Positions 38,423 through 48,550 of a DNA stretch of 64,000 bases are shown here, piece after piece (position 1 is the stretch's first letter; the number at the start of each line of letters is the position of its first letter). Below the pieces are notes generated by a model. It did not search any database. It was not told the DNA's origin and saw only the letters and a list, made by a program, of their open reading frames with translations. A program made the position numbers and the translations under genes. The stretch is from NCBI GenBank assembly GCA_947085185.1, contig CAMTVK010000002.1, forward strand, positions 181,995 to 245,994, written 5' to 3'. The DNA is from Candidatus Fraserbacteria bacterium (lineage in GTDB: Bacteria; Bipolaricaulota; Bipolaricaulia; RBG-16-55-9; DRXL01).

Positions 38423-41038
38423 ATGCCAAGGATCGCTCAGTATAACTTCAAGAAGATCGAAAAGCGCTGGAAGGACTTCTGGGATCGCTTCTTCAAGGTA
38501 GACACCCACACCCCCGGCAAGAAGTTCTATTATCTCAATATGTTCCCCTATCCGTCCGGGGTGCTCCACGTGGGGCACGGCAGAAACTATATTATCGGAG
38601 ACGCGTTCGCCCGCTACAAGAAGATGCAGGGCTTCACCGTGCTCAATCCCATGGGGTTCGACGCGTTCGGGCTGCCCGCAGAGAACGCAGCTATCGAGAA
38701 CAAGACCCATCCCAGAGACTGGACCATCGCCAATATCGAAGGCATGAAGAGACAATTCCGGGAGTGGGGCATCGTCTACGACTGGGACAGGGAGATCCGC
38801 ACCTGCGAGCCCGACTATTATAAATGGAACCAATGGTTCTTCTTGCAGTTTTATAAGAGAGGGCTGGCGTATCGGGCTGCGGCTGTAGCCAATTGGTGCC
38901 CAGGATGTCAGACTGTCCTTGCCAATGAACAAGTCATTGATGGCCGCTGCGAGCGCTGCGACTCCCCTGTAGAGAAGCGCAAGCTCACCCAGTGGTTCTT
39001 CAAGATCACGCAGTATGCCGAGCAATTGCTCAGAGATTTGGAGAAGTTAGAGCACTGGCCGGAGCGGGTCAAGAAGATGCAGTATAACTGGATCGGGCGG
39101 AGCGAGGGCGTCGAGATCGACTTTGGCCTTGAGGGCTCCTCCCAAAGGCTAAAAGTCTTCACGACCCGGCCCGATACGATCTTCGGGGTGACGTTCATGG
39201 CGCTGGCGCCCGAGCATCCCTTGGTGGAAGAGTTTCTCGCGCAAGCGTCCGATCCCGCCTTTCGGGCACAGATGGAAGCGTTCGTGCAGCGCGCCTTGCA
39301 ACAGGGGGAGATCACGCGCGGCGCTGTCTCCGTCGAGAAAGAGGGATTCTTCACGGGACGCTATGCGATCAACCCCATCAATAACGAAAGAGTCCCCATC
39401 TATATCGCAAATTATGTGCTGATGGAATACGGCACAGGGGCGATCATGGGAGTGCCGGCACATGACGCTCGGGATTTCGAGTTCGCCACAAAGTATGGAC
39501 TCCAAATCAGACGGGTCGTCGAGAGCTCCAATGCTCTCGACGAAGGCCGATGGGAATCTGAAGGGGGCGCGACCCGAGAAGCAAGCCAAAGCCCTCCGCC
39601 CCTGCCCTACGAAGGCTCAGGACGACTCATCAACTCTGGGGAGTTTACCGGGCTGACGAGCGCAGAAGCCTTCAGAAAGATCGGGGAGTTCTTAGAATCC
39701 CGTGGCCAAGGACGCTTCGCCGTGAAATATAAGCTCAGGGACTGGCTCATCTCGCGCCAGCGCTACTGGGGCACGCCTATCCCTATGATTCACTGCGAGC
39801 GCTGTGGGATCGTGCCCGTCCCCGAAAGCGAGCTGCCCGTCAAGCTCCCCGATGTGCCATTCATCGGCAAGAGCGGGCTGGCAGAGATCCCCGAGTTCTA
39901 CCAGACGACCTGCCCCCACTGTCAGGGTCCAGCAAGACGCGACACCGACACCATGGATACGTTCGTTGATTCGAGCTGGTATTTCTTGAGATTCATCTCG
40001 CCCCATGAGAGAGAGCGCCCCTTCGATCCCGAAGCCGTGAACAGATGGCTCCCTGTGGATCAGTACGTAGGAGGGGTCGAGCACGCGATCTTGCACCTGC
40101 TTTATGCGCGCTTCTTCACAAAAGCGCTGCGCGATATGGGCTTGGTAAACTTCGACGAGCCGTTTGCGCGGCTCTTCACCCAGGGGATGATCGAGCACCT
40201 TGCGTACCGATGCCCGCAGCACAACTGGATTCACCCCAGTGAAGTGCGAGAAGGCACGAAGTGCCCCCACTGCGGGCAAGAGCTTAAAGTCGACCTGCAC
40301 AAGATGTCCAAGTCCAAGCGCAACACGATCTCCCCTCACGACGTGATCGCGCACTACGGGGCCGACACCGAGAGACTCTATACGCTGTTTATGGGGCCCC
40401 CTGAAAGAGACATCGAATGGACCGAGGAGGGCGTGCGCGGGAGCTTTCGCTTCTTGAATCGCGTCTGGAATCTCGTGCTCTCCCAAGCGCGCAAGCTGAC
40501 AGACGCCGGAGAGCTCAACACAGCACAGTTCACCGAGCGCGACCGCAAAGTCTGGCAGAAGCTCCACCAGACGATCAAGTCCGTGACGGAAGACATCGAA
40601 AGCTTTCACCTCAATACAGCCGTCTCGGCGATCATGGAGCTCACCAATGAGCTGACCGACTACGTCACAGAGCAGCCCAAGAAGATCAACAAAGCTCTCG
40701 TGAAGCGGAGTTTGGAAGATCTTGTGCTGATCTTGTCGCCGTTTACGCCGTTCATTTGTGAGGAGCTCTGGCGGCGCTTGGGCCATGAAGACGCGATTGT
40801 AGACCAGCGATGGCCGACGTATGACCCTCAAGCGCTGCACGCGTCTGAGCGGGAGATCGTCATTCAGATCAACGGGAAAGTTCGGGATCGGCTCACGGTC
40901 CCGGGGAGTGTCAGCGAAGATCGTGCTGAGCTACAGAGGCGCGCTCTGGCGCAGATGCAACCACGGCTCGCAGGCAAGCAGATTCAAAAAGTCATCGTGG
41001 TGCCAGGGCGATTGGTGAACATCGTAGTCGGTGGCTAA
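38423..41038 (+). CDS. leuS: Leucine--tRNA ligase
   Basis: [36 protein letters not shown]. Confidence 0.98.
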   Translation: MPRIAQYNFKKIEKRWKDFWDRFFKVDTHTPGKKFYYLNMFPYPSGVLHVGHGRNYIIGDAFARYKKMQGFTVLNPMGFDAFGLPAENAAIENKTHPRDWTIANIEGMKRQFREWGIVYDWDREIRTCEPDYYKWNQWFFLQFYKRGLAYRAAAVANWCPGCQTVLANEQVIDGRCERCDSPVEKRKLTQWFFKITQYAEQLLRDLEKLEHWPERVKKMQYNWIGRSEGVEIDFGLEGSSQRLKVFTTRPDTIFGVTFMALAPEHPLVEEFLAQASDPAFRAQMEAFVQRALQQGEITRGAVSVEKEGFFTGRYAINPINNERVPIYIANYVLMEYGTGAIMGVPAHDARDFEFATKYGLQIRRVVESSNALDEGRWESEGGATREASQSPPPLPYEGSGRLINSGEFTGLTSAEAFRKIGEFLESRGQGRFAVKYKLRDWLISRQRYWGTPIPMIHCERCGIVPVPESELPVKLPDVPFIGKSGLAEIPEFYQTTCPHCQGPARRDTDTMDTFVDSSWYFLRFISPHERERPFDPEAVNRWLPVDQYVGGVEHAILHLLYARFFTKALRDMGLVNFDEPFARLFTQGMIEHLAYRCPQHNWIHPSEVREGTKCPHCGQELKVDLHKMSKSKRNTISPHDVIAHYGADTERLYTLFMGPPERDIEWTEEGVRGSFRFLNRVWNLVLSQARKLTDAGELNTAQFTERDRKVWQKLHQTIKSVTEDIESFHLNTAVSAIMELTNELTDYVTEQPKKINKALVKRSLEDLVLILSPFTPFICEELWRRLGHEDAIVDQRWPTYDPQALHASEREIVIQINGKVRDRLTVPGSVSEDRAELQRRALAQMQPRLAGKQIQKVIVVPGRLVNIVVGG

Positions 41039-41075
41039 AAAAAGGGGCTCGATCGGTCACCCCGACCGAGCCCCC
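41037..41075 (-). terminator. Rho-independent terminator between convergent genes
   Basis: GGGGCTCG/CGAGCCCC stem with an A-run on plus (U-run on minus). Confidence 0.75.
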
Positions 41076-41087
41076 ATCTCTTGAACT

Positions 41088-42515
41088 TTAGTTGTGCGAC
41101 GCGAACCCGAAGACACTCCCGAAGTTCACGACGCCTTGGATACAAACAGTCTTTCCGCCTCCTTGCACCAGAAGCACGAACGTGCCTAACGACGTGTAAG
41201 GGAGGCTCGCGGTGCTGAACGACCCGATAAACCCAATTGTGATACCCCCAAAGGAAGTGAATCGCTGGAACGAGAGCGCCGGCCCAAGGGACTGGACTTG
41301 TAAGGCGTTGAAGAACCACCCGGCGTCCTTGATCTGCATCACTCCAGGCAGGCTCACAATCGGAGCCCCACTGCCGATGGCGACATTGAACGGGAACTGG
41401 TTGGGCAGGCCCGAACAGGCCGCAGGCATCATGATGGGGAAGGGCCACGGGAACGGGAAGGGGAACGGGAACGGTCCAGGGAACGGCGAGAAGAACCAGC
41501 CCAAGAAGAACAGCAAGAGATTGAACGGCGTGAAGATCGGCGGTGTCGTCACAATGATGATGACCACGATCTGGCCCGTGAAGATGTCAATGAGCACGAA
41601 GATCGGGTCTTCGCCGATGGCCGTCAGATACTTGCCCGCGGGGATAGTGTACCCAGAGACGGTCGCGTTCTGGTTGAGCTGGAGCACCCCTGTGAAGATA
41701 TAAGTATTTTGGATCTGTTGGATGTTGATCTGTTGGGGTGCGGTGCTCAGTGGCGCGGCGTTCTGGCCCGGGGGGACCTGAGTGGCTTGGGCTTGAGCTA
41801 AGGCTTGAGCTAAGCCCGCTGCCTGGAGCTTCGCCATGATCTGCGCCGACATCTGGGCAAACTGAGCCGATCCCGGCGTGATCACTTGCTGGACGGTGAA
41901 CCCTGGGGTCGGCTGGGCCGGCATGCAGTTAGGCGGCGTCCCGACATAACCTGGCGGACAGCTTGGCGGCTGCGGCTGACTGGGGACGACTTGCAGACTA
42001 GCGACAGCCGTAGCGACTTTAGCTGTTGGGACGATCGCTTGGATCGCTTGCTGGATCTGCTGGCCAACAGCTTGAGGGTTCGTGCCCAAGAGTGGGAAGG
42101 TGCCGATGCCACCTTCAAGCTGTGGGATACGCTCCGTTGAGGCAATGATCTGCACGTATTCCGGCCCAAACGGCGGCGAGCAGACCAGCCGATAGGTCGC
42201 TACCCCAGGGAGGGTGCGCCAATTGGTGTCGTTGATTTGATTATTGGGCTCGAAGCGATTGGGCAGGAGTCGCGTGACGTTGTTGCCCTGGATGTCGAGA
42301 ATATAGGCAAAGTACGGGGCTTCATTTGCCCGATACTGAATTTCGATGGTCTGGCCGACGGCGCAGACGGGACGGCTCACGTGGATGAACGCTTGGAACT
42401 CCGAGGGTTGAATGACGATCCCCAACGGCGACGCTTGTCCTTGGCTGAAGCTTGGGCTCACACTCAAGAGCCCTACAAGCACAGCCCCCAACACGACGAG
42501 ACTGACTCGCTTCAT
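41088..42515 (-). CDS. Secreted DUF4384-like protein with Pro/Gln linker and hydrophobic FP-repeat region
   Basis: Signal peptide after GAGGAGG; YILDI..VTRLLPN..PPFGPEYVQIIAS; FPGPFPFPFPFPWPFP. Confidence 0.65.
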   Translation of the reverse strand: MKRVSLVVLGAVLVGLLSVSPSFSQGQASPLGIVIQPSEFQAFIHVSRPVCAVGQTIEIQYRANEAPYFAYILDIQGNNVTRLLPNRFEPNNQINDTNWRTLPGVATYRLVCSPPFGPEYVQIIASTERIPQLEGGIGTFPLLGTNPQAVGQQIQQAIQAIVPTAKVATAVASLQVVPSQPQPPSCPPGYVGTPPNCMPAQPTPGFTVQQVITPGSAQFAQMSAQIMAKLQAAGLAQALAQAQATQVPPGQNAAPLSTAPQQINIQQIQNTYIFTGVLQLNQNATVSGYTIPAGKYLTAIGEDPIFVLIDIFTGQIVVIIIVTTPPIFTPFNLLLFFLGWFFSPFPGPFPFPFPFPWPFPIMMPAACSGLPNQFPFNVAIGSGAPIVSLPGVMQIKDAGWFFNALQVQSLGPALSFQRFTSFGGITIGFIGSFSTASLPYTSLGTFVLLVQGGGKTVCIQGVVNFGSVFGFASHN

Positions 42516-42615
42516 AGAGATCCTCCTCTTTGATAGTCTGCCCTGCTGAAAAGCCATCACCTCCACGGCAGGGCGTTCATGCGATACTATATAGCGACAA
42601 CCCCCCGGATAAGTT

Positions 42616-43836
42616 TCAAGCAGCCACGGGGTGTATTCTCCCCGCGAAGATCACGGCGCGCACAAAGCGTGCCTCGTGCCCAATAAAATACGGGATCTGC
42701 TTGTAATTCTCTACATCTAAGATGATGAGGTCTGCGCGCTTGCCCCTCTCAAGGCTCCCTATTGTATGAGCTCGGCCCAGGGCTGCCGCCGCGTTGAGCG
42801 TCGCAGCGGTAAGCGCCTCTTCAAGAGACATACGCATCTTCAGCACAGCCAGCGCCATCATAAAAAACATCGAAGGGATCAGGCACGTCCCGGGATTGAA
42901 ATCCGTGCCCAAGGCCACAGCTACCCCTGCGTCCATGAGCTTCCGGGCAGGCGCGTACTCAGCGTTGAGCGAAAAGGCCGTCCCCGGCAGGAGCACCGCG
43001 ATCACCCCGGCGCGCTTCATCGCCGCGATCCCGCGCTCAGAGATGTGTAACAAGTGATCAGCCGAGACGGCTCCAAGCTCGGCCGCAAGCTCCGCTCCCC
43101 CAAGCGGGCTCAGCTCGTCAGCATGGATCTTCAGCCCAAGACCGGCTCTCTGACACGCCTGCAAGAGGGTGCGACTTTCATCAACATCAAAAAAACCTCG
43201 CTCACAGAAGACATCGCCAAACTCAGCTAAGCCCTCCGCACACACCCGCGGCAGCATCTCGACGATGATCTCTCGAATATACTCGGACTTCTGCACCCCA
43301 GCGGGCACAGCGTGTGCCCCGCAGAACGTCGGGACAATCTCACAGGGCATCGTCTCTTGCAGTCTCTTGATAACCCGCAGGAGTTTCAGTTCGTTCTCGG
43401 TGTTGAGCCCGTAGCCGCTCTTAATCTCGAGCGTCGTCGTCCCCAAGCGCATCATCGCGGAGAGAAATTTTTTTGAGAATTCGTAGATCTGTTCCTCGGA
43501 AGCCCTGCGCACGTGCTCGACGCTTGTGAGGATTCCCAGGCCGTACTTTTCCCCCTGACAGCGAGCTAAAAATTCGTCTTCGCGAGTCCCGTAGAAGACC
43601 GCGTGGGTATGAGGGTCTACGAGCCCGGGGATGACCACGCCCCCTTGGGCGTCGAACGTCTCCCCATCTGTAGAGAGCTTTCGTGTCGGTGCGATCTCAG
43701 CGATGCGCCCCTGTTCGATTCTCATAGAGACATGAGACAGCACCGTGAGCGCACGCATGGCGTGCCCGCTCACCGCTTGGGTGCCCCGGGGAGTGACCAG
43801 CTGTCCAATATTGAGAATTACAGTCTCCTCAGCCAC
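42616..43836 (-). CDS. hutI: Imidazolonepropionase
   Basis: DPHTH, EIKSGYGL, HADEL, SADHL, TDFNPG. Confidence 0.93.
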   Translation of the reverse strand: MAEETVILNIGQLVTPRGTQAVSGHAMRALTVLSHVSMRIEQGRIAEIAPTRKLSTDGETFDAQGGVVIPGLVDPHTHAVFYGTREDEFLARCQGEKYGLGILTSVEHVRRASEEQIYEFSKKFLSAMMRLGTTTLEIKSGYGLNTENELKLLRVIKRLQETMPCEIVPTFCGAHAVPAGVQKSEYIREIIVEMLPRVCAEGLAEFGDVFCERGFFDVDESRTLLQACQRAGLGLKIHADELSPLGGAELAAELGAVSADHLLHISERGIAAMKRAGVIAVLLPGTAFSLNAEYAPARKLMDAGVAVALGTDFNPGTCLIPSMFFMMALAVLKMRMSLEEALTAATLNAAAALGRAHTIGSLERGKRADLIILDVENYKQIPYFIGHEARFVRAVIFAGRIHPVAA

Positions 43837-44420
43837 GTCGGCAACTCCCCTTGCACGGCTTGGGGTGGATCTTGGGTGAAGTCGAGCAAGGCATAGCTGT
43901 GAGGGGTCATCGGCTCATTGGTGAGCACGATGAGATCGGCTTGCTCCCTTAATTTTTCCAGGACATCCTCGCGGCGCACTACCCCCAAGCCGACACCCAC
44001 CAGCGGGCGTCCGCTCGCTTCGTAGAACATTTGATAGGACTGACTTGCGGGCATGTGTATCTCTACGGCCCCAGAACGACTAACGCACGGGCGCGGAGCC
44101 GCTTGCGTCGCCCGCACGATCACCCCATAGGGACCAGGCAAACATCGTTCGAGCGCCCGGCGCAACCGGGGCACCACCGGCACCGCGTACAGACGAAACT
44201 CCGTGAGGCTGCTGATATAGAGCGCCAGGGGCTTCTCAGGAGCAGAGAGAGCTCGCACGCGGTTCACCGACTGCTGATTGAATGCATCGCCCCCGACAAC
44301 GTAAGAGACCTCGGTGGGGAAGACCACCAGTCGGCCCTCGCTCACCATCGGAGCGATCTGCTCGAACGCCTCCTTGGGCAGACCTTTGCCTGTTTGGAAT
44401 TCGATGATCTGTGCACTCAT
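43818..44420 (-). CDS. Sua5/YrdC/YciO-fold protein with degenerate motifs
   Basis: VVFPTEVSY, KPLAL, LPGPY present; KxR and SxN absent. Confidence 0.75.
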   Translation of the reverse strand: MSAQIIEFQTGKGLPKEAFEQIAPMVSEGRLVVFPTEVSYVVGGDAFNQQSVNRVRALSAPEKPLALYISSLTEFRLYAVPVVPRLRRALERCLPGPYGVIVRATQAAPRPCVSRSGAVEIHMPASQSYQMFYEASGRPLVGVGLGVVRREDVLEKLREQADLIVLTNEPMTPHSYALLDFTQDPPQAVQGELPTWLRRL

Positions 44421-44497
44421 GGGACCTCTCACCAGGAGGACGAGCACGTGTGCTCAACCCTCCCTAAGATTTATTTTGCTTGCTCCCACCGGGTTTG

Positions 44498-45394
44498 TCA
44501 AGGGAAGCGCTTCGCAAGGACGCGGAGCTTGGCGCTGCGCGCCCGCGGATTCTGCGCACACTCTTCCGACGAAGGGCGCACCGGCCCCCAGATCTGTTCG
44601 GCTTTGTTCGCGGTCATCTGGGCCCGAAAGCATCTCTTCACGAGGCGATCTTCGAGCGAATGGAACGAGATCACGGCAAAACGCCCGCCAGGAGCAAGCC
44701 GTTCGATCCCCACCGCCAGGGCCCTGTCAAGATTGTTGAGCTCATCGTTGACAGCGATACGCAGCGCTTGAAAGACGCGGGTCGCCGGATGGATTCTGCT
44801 CTTGCGGCGCACTGCTGCGGGGATGCTTCGCTCGATAATTCTCACTAAATCTGATGTCGTTTCGAGGGGTGCGGTGCGGCGCTCGCGCACGATAGTGCGG
44901 GCGATGCGCGCCGCCCAACGCTCTTCCCCGTAGTCGCGAAAGATTCTTGTCAGTGCACGCTCGTCGAGAGAATTCACAAGGTCAGCAGCTGTGAGCGCTT
45001 GGGTTGGGTCGAGGCGCATATCCAAAGGGCCCTCAAAGCGAAAGCTCAGCCCGCGCTCCGCCGTATCGAGCTGGGTGAGCGACACCCCTAAGTCCAAAAG
45101 AATCCCGTTCACCGAGCGAATTCCGAGATTATCTAAGACCATATCGAGCTTGGCGAAGTTCGCATGGAAGAGCCTGACTCGGTCTCCAAACTCTCGGAGG
45201 CGAGCGCGAGCGAGCTCTACAGCATGCGGGTCACAGTCGAGCCCAATAAGCAAGCCCGTCTGTAACCGTGACGCGATCTCTCGAGCGTGGCCGCCACCGC
45301 CTACGGTGCCATCGAGATAGATGCCATCGGGTTGGATCGCGAGCGCTTCTATGACTTCACGAACCATCACCGGCTGATGCGGGCGGGGGAACAT
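44498..45394 (-). CDS. rsmH: 16S rRNA m4C1402 methyltransferase
   Basis: HQPVM, DGTVGGGGH, DLGVS, PLDMR, FHSLEDR, NPRARSAKLR. Confidence 0.96.
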   Translation of the reverse strand: MFPRPHQPVMVREVIEALAIQPDGIYLDGTVGGGGHAREIASRLQTGLLIGLDCDPHAVELARARLREFGDRVRLFHANFAKLDMVLDNLGIRSVNGILLDLGVSLTQLDTAERGLSFRFEGPLDMRLDPTQALTAADLVNSLDERALTRIFRDYGEERWAARIARTIVRERRTAPLETTSDLVRIIERSIPAAVRRKSRIHPATRVFQALRIAVNDELNNLDRALAVGIERLAPGGRFAVISFHSLEDRLVKRCFRAQMTANKAEQIWGPVRPSSEECAQNPRARSAKLRVLAKRFP

Positions 45395-46226
45395 AGCCCT
45401 CCAACGTCTCCTGATCTGTATCTGCCAAAGGAGCTGTGCGCACAACCTGATCGTCCTCAACTTTCGCAATAGATCTGCTATCAGCAAGATAGGGCCAGCG
45501 CTTGCGCGCTTCTGTGATCTGAGCCAAATCGATCTCGACGACGTAGACGCCCTCGGTGTCATCAGCTTCAAAGAGCACATCCCCTCTGGGTGAGACGACC
45601 ATCGAGTGCCCACTCACCGGGCGCTCATCAGGGTAGGAAGACTTGGTGTTATTGGCGAACGCGACGAAGATCGTGTTCTCCGCAGCGCGAGCACACAACA
45701 GTGATCTCCAAAGTGCGACGCGATTCTCTGGGATGTTCGACGGGTTGAAGAGCACCGAGATATCCCGATGCGCGAGAGATCGAATCAGCTCAGGGTAGAA
45801 GAGATCAACACAGATCGCGACTCCGAAGCGCGCTCTTTCTGTGGCGAAGACGGGCAGATGCTCTCCCGCTTTCAGAAACGCGCGCTCGCCCACAGCATTC
45901 GATGGGAAGATCTTTTCAGTATATCCCCTCACTGCTCCATCCGGGCCGATGACGTGCCCCAGCGCGATCTTATAATCTGGGCGCGCGACGATGAGACTAC
46001 CCGTGAGCAGCGTATATTGCCCCCTGTGGGCATAGCTTCCCAAACGCGAAAGAATTTGAGCAAGCTCAGGCCCACTGAACACGGCAACCCCGGCCCAATT
46101 CTCCGGGAGACAGACGATCTCAACGTCGCGAATCTTTTCCAGTAACCGGGTAACGGTCTGAAAATTCTTGGCTTTGTCGAGCCGGTCGCGCGATGGTTGC
46201 ACTAACGCGAGCTTCATCGTGATCAC
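45357..46226 (-). CDS. Carbon-nitrogen hydrolase family protein
   Basis: LPEN, EKI, ICVD triad; ARAAEN. Confidence 0.85.
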   Translation of the reverse strand: MITMKLALVQPSRDRLDKAKNFQTVTRLLEKIRDVEIVCLPENWAGVAVFSGPELAQILSRLGSYAHRGQYTLLTGSLIVARPDYKIALGHVIGPDGAVRGYTEKIFPSNAVGERAFLKAGEHLPVFATERARFGVAICVDLFYPELIRSLAHRDISVLFNPSNIPENRVALWRSLLCARAAENTIFVAFANNTKSSYPDERPVSGHSMVVSPRGDVLFEADDTEGVYVVEIDLAQITEARKRWPYLADSRSIAKVEDDQVVRTAPLADTDQETLEGYVPPPASAGDGS

Positions 46227-46882
46227 TCTTTTGGGCGCTCTCCAAAGATTTTCGTGCCGATGCGCACGACGTTCGCGCCCTCTTCTAAAGCGATTTTATA
46301 CGTATTGCTCATGCCCATCGAAAGATACTTCATCTCGACGCGCGGAATGTTTAGAGCTTTGAGATGTTCGAAGAGCTTTCTCGTCTCTTGGAAGTACGGG
46401 CGCGCGTCTTCGGGATCGCCGAAGCGCGGGCCCATCGTCATCAGCCCGCACACTCTCAGATGGGGAAGTTGCGAGACGGCTCTGATAAGAGCTTCGGCGT
46501 CTTCAGGAAAGACCCCGGACTTTTGCGGCTCGCGCCCACTATTAATTTCGAGGAAGACCGGCAGTATTCTGTTCATTCGGGCGCAGTGCTTCTCCAGTTC
46601 TTGCGCAAGCTGTACCGAGTCGAGCGTCTCGACTATATCGAAGATCTCGACGGCTTTTTTGGCTTTGTTTCTCTGCAGGTGCCCGATCATGTGCCACTGG
46701 GCGCGACGCCCAATGACCGAAAAAGCTTGCTCGGCTTCCTGCACATAGTTCTCCCCGATGATCTGCACCCCGGCTTCCAGCGCTTCTAAGATTTCGTCGG
46801 GTGTGCGCCCTTTGGCCGCCGCGACCAGGAGCACCCCCGGCGGCAGTTCCGATAAGATCTTTTTCACGTTCTCACGGATCAT
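46223..46882 (-). CDS. yggS: PLP homeostasis protein
   Basis: GENYVQE, WHMIGHLQRNK, GLMTM, LSMGMS, VRIGT. Confidence 0.95.
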   Translation of the reverse strand: MIRENVKKILSELPPGVLLVAAAKGRTPDEILEALEAGVQIIGENYVQEAEQAFSVIGRRAQWHMIGHLQRNKAKKAVEIFDIVETLDSVQLAQELEKHCARMNRILPVFLEINSGREPQKSGVFPEDAEALIRAVSQLPHLRVCGLMTMGPRFGDPEDARPYFQETRKLFEHLKALNIPRVEMKYLSMGMSNTYKIALEEGANVVRIGTKIFGERPKE

Positions 46883-48375
46883 GCCCAACTCTGCAGCACC
46901 TGCGCAAGCAATCGGACGCCGTACCCTGTGGCGCCCTTGGGGTGATAGAGTCGGCTCTCAACGTCATACGCCACCCCAGCGATATCGAGATGCGCCCAGG
47001 GGAAGCTCACAAACTCTTTGAGGAAGATCGCGCCGATGGCCGCGCCCGCTTGGGGGCCTTTGTTCGTGCTGTTCTTGATATCGGCGATCTCGCTCTTGAT
47101 GAGGTCTTTGTACTCTTCATAGAGGGGCAGTCTCCAGACGCGCTCCCCCGATTGCTGGGCTGCGTGCTCAATCTTCTGGGCGAGTGTCTCGTCGTTCGCG
47201 AAGAGCCCCGCGGCTTCCTTCCCCAACGCGATGGTGCACGCCCCCGTCAGCGTCGCTACGTCTATCACAGCTTGAGGATGATATCTTTGTGCGTAGACGA
47301 GCGCGTCGGCGAGCACCAATCTCCCCTCAGCGTCGGTGTTGGTCACCTCGACAGTTTTGCCATTAGAGATAGTGATCACATCTCCGGGTTTGAGGGCCTT
47401 CCCCGACGGGAGATTCTCCGCTGCAGCCACTAAGCCCACGACAGCACTAGGGAGCTTCAAGAGCGCCGCCGCGCGCATCGCTCCAAGCACCGCTGCCGCC
47501 CCGCTCATGTCGTACTTCATTGCTTCTAACCCCTCGCGCGGCTTGAGAGAGATTCCCCCGCTGTCGAACGTGATCCCCTTGCCCACCAACACGATGGGTC
47601 GAGCATTCTTTGTCACATTGTACTCAAGTACGATGAGTCTCGGTGGCTCGTCGCTGCCCTTGCCCACCGAGAGAATCCCGCCCATGCCCAGACTCTCTAG
47701 AGCCTTTTCGTCGAAGACTTCGCAGCGCAGCCCCAGCTCGTGGGCAAGCTTTTGGGCGCGGGTTGCAAGCTCTCGCGGCGTCAAACTCTGCCCCGGTTCG
47801 TTCGCTAAATCCCGCGCAAACAATACGGACTCGGCTATGATCTGCCCGTGCTGGGCACCGAGCTTGAGGGGGTTGAATTTCTCTGAGCTGCGCTCAATGA
47901 GACGGAGACTCTCAAGTTGAACGGGCTCTTGGGGTTTTTTGAATCTCTCAAAGCGATATAGACCCAACAGGGTTCCTTCGACGGTCGCTTGGGCAGCAGT
48001 GTGCGCGTCGAGCCCACCGATGCCCGCGCCGTGCGCAATTGTCGTCAGCTCGGTGAGAGATTTGGCAGCGCGAGCCGCAGCGGCACTCACTTCCCGTACG
48101 ACATCGGCTGAGAATTTTTCCGCGGGCCCAAGCCCAACTAAGAGCACCCTCTTGGCTCCGATCTTGCCGTGCGTGCGCAGCCAGAATACTTCGCCCTTCT
48201 TGCACGAAAAATCCCCGTCGGTAAGGATCTCCGAGAGCGCCCCATCCAGCGCGCTGTCGACAGCGCCGGCTGCCCCACCGGGATGCTGCACCCCTTCAAA
48301 AATCCCAAGGCAGATCGCTTCGGTCTCTATCTTTGTAATATCTCCGAGCTCGACCACAACATGCATGATCTGCAT
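46879..48375 (-). CDS. pepA: Leucyl aminopeptidase (M17)
   Basis: GKGITFDSGG, MKYDMSG, NTDAEGRL, ATLTGA. Confidence 0.95.
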   Translation of the reverse strand: MQIMHVVVELGDITKIETEAICLGIFEGVQHPGGAAGAVDSALDGALSEILTDGDFSCKKGEVFWLRTHGKIGAKRVLLVGLGPAEKFSADVVREVSAAAARAAKSLTELTTIAHGAGIGGLDAHTAAQATVEGTLLGLYRFERFKKPQEPVQLESLRLIERSSEKFNPLKLGAQHGQIIAESVLFARDLANEPGQSLTPRELATRAQKLAHELGLRCEVFDEKALESLGMGGILSVGKGSDEPPRLIVLEYNVTKNARPIVLVGKGITFDSGGISLKPREGLEAMKYDMSGAAAVLGAMRAAALLKLPSAVVGLVAAAENLPSGKALKPGDVITISNGKTVEVTNTDAEGRLVLADALVYAQRYHPQAVIDVATLTGACTIALGKEAAGLFANDETLAQKIEHAAQQSGERVWRLPLYEEYKDLIKSEIADIKNSTNKGPQAGAAIGAIFLKEFVSFPWAHLDIAGVAYDVESRLYHPKGATGYGVRLLAQVLQSWA

Positions 48376-48550
48376 CACCCCTTCGGCTCTGCCCAGTGTA
48401 GCGCAAGGGCTCACAGCTTCGCAACCGCGTCCACCCTCGTACTGATATATATCATCGTGAGGGATAGCCCAGATCATTGCGCGTGCTGGAGAGCCGTTCG
48501 TTATAATATTATGGAGTCGCGCGCGATGATGCGCGCAGAACGGAGAGCAC

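Noticed and set aside
39692..40840. 382-aa antisense ORF
   Set aside because: Shadow of leuS on the opposite strand; no motifs
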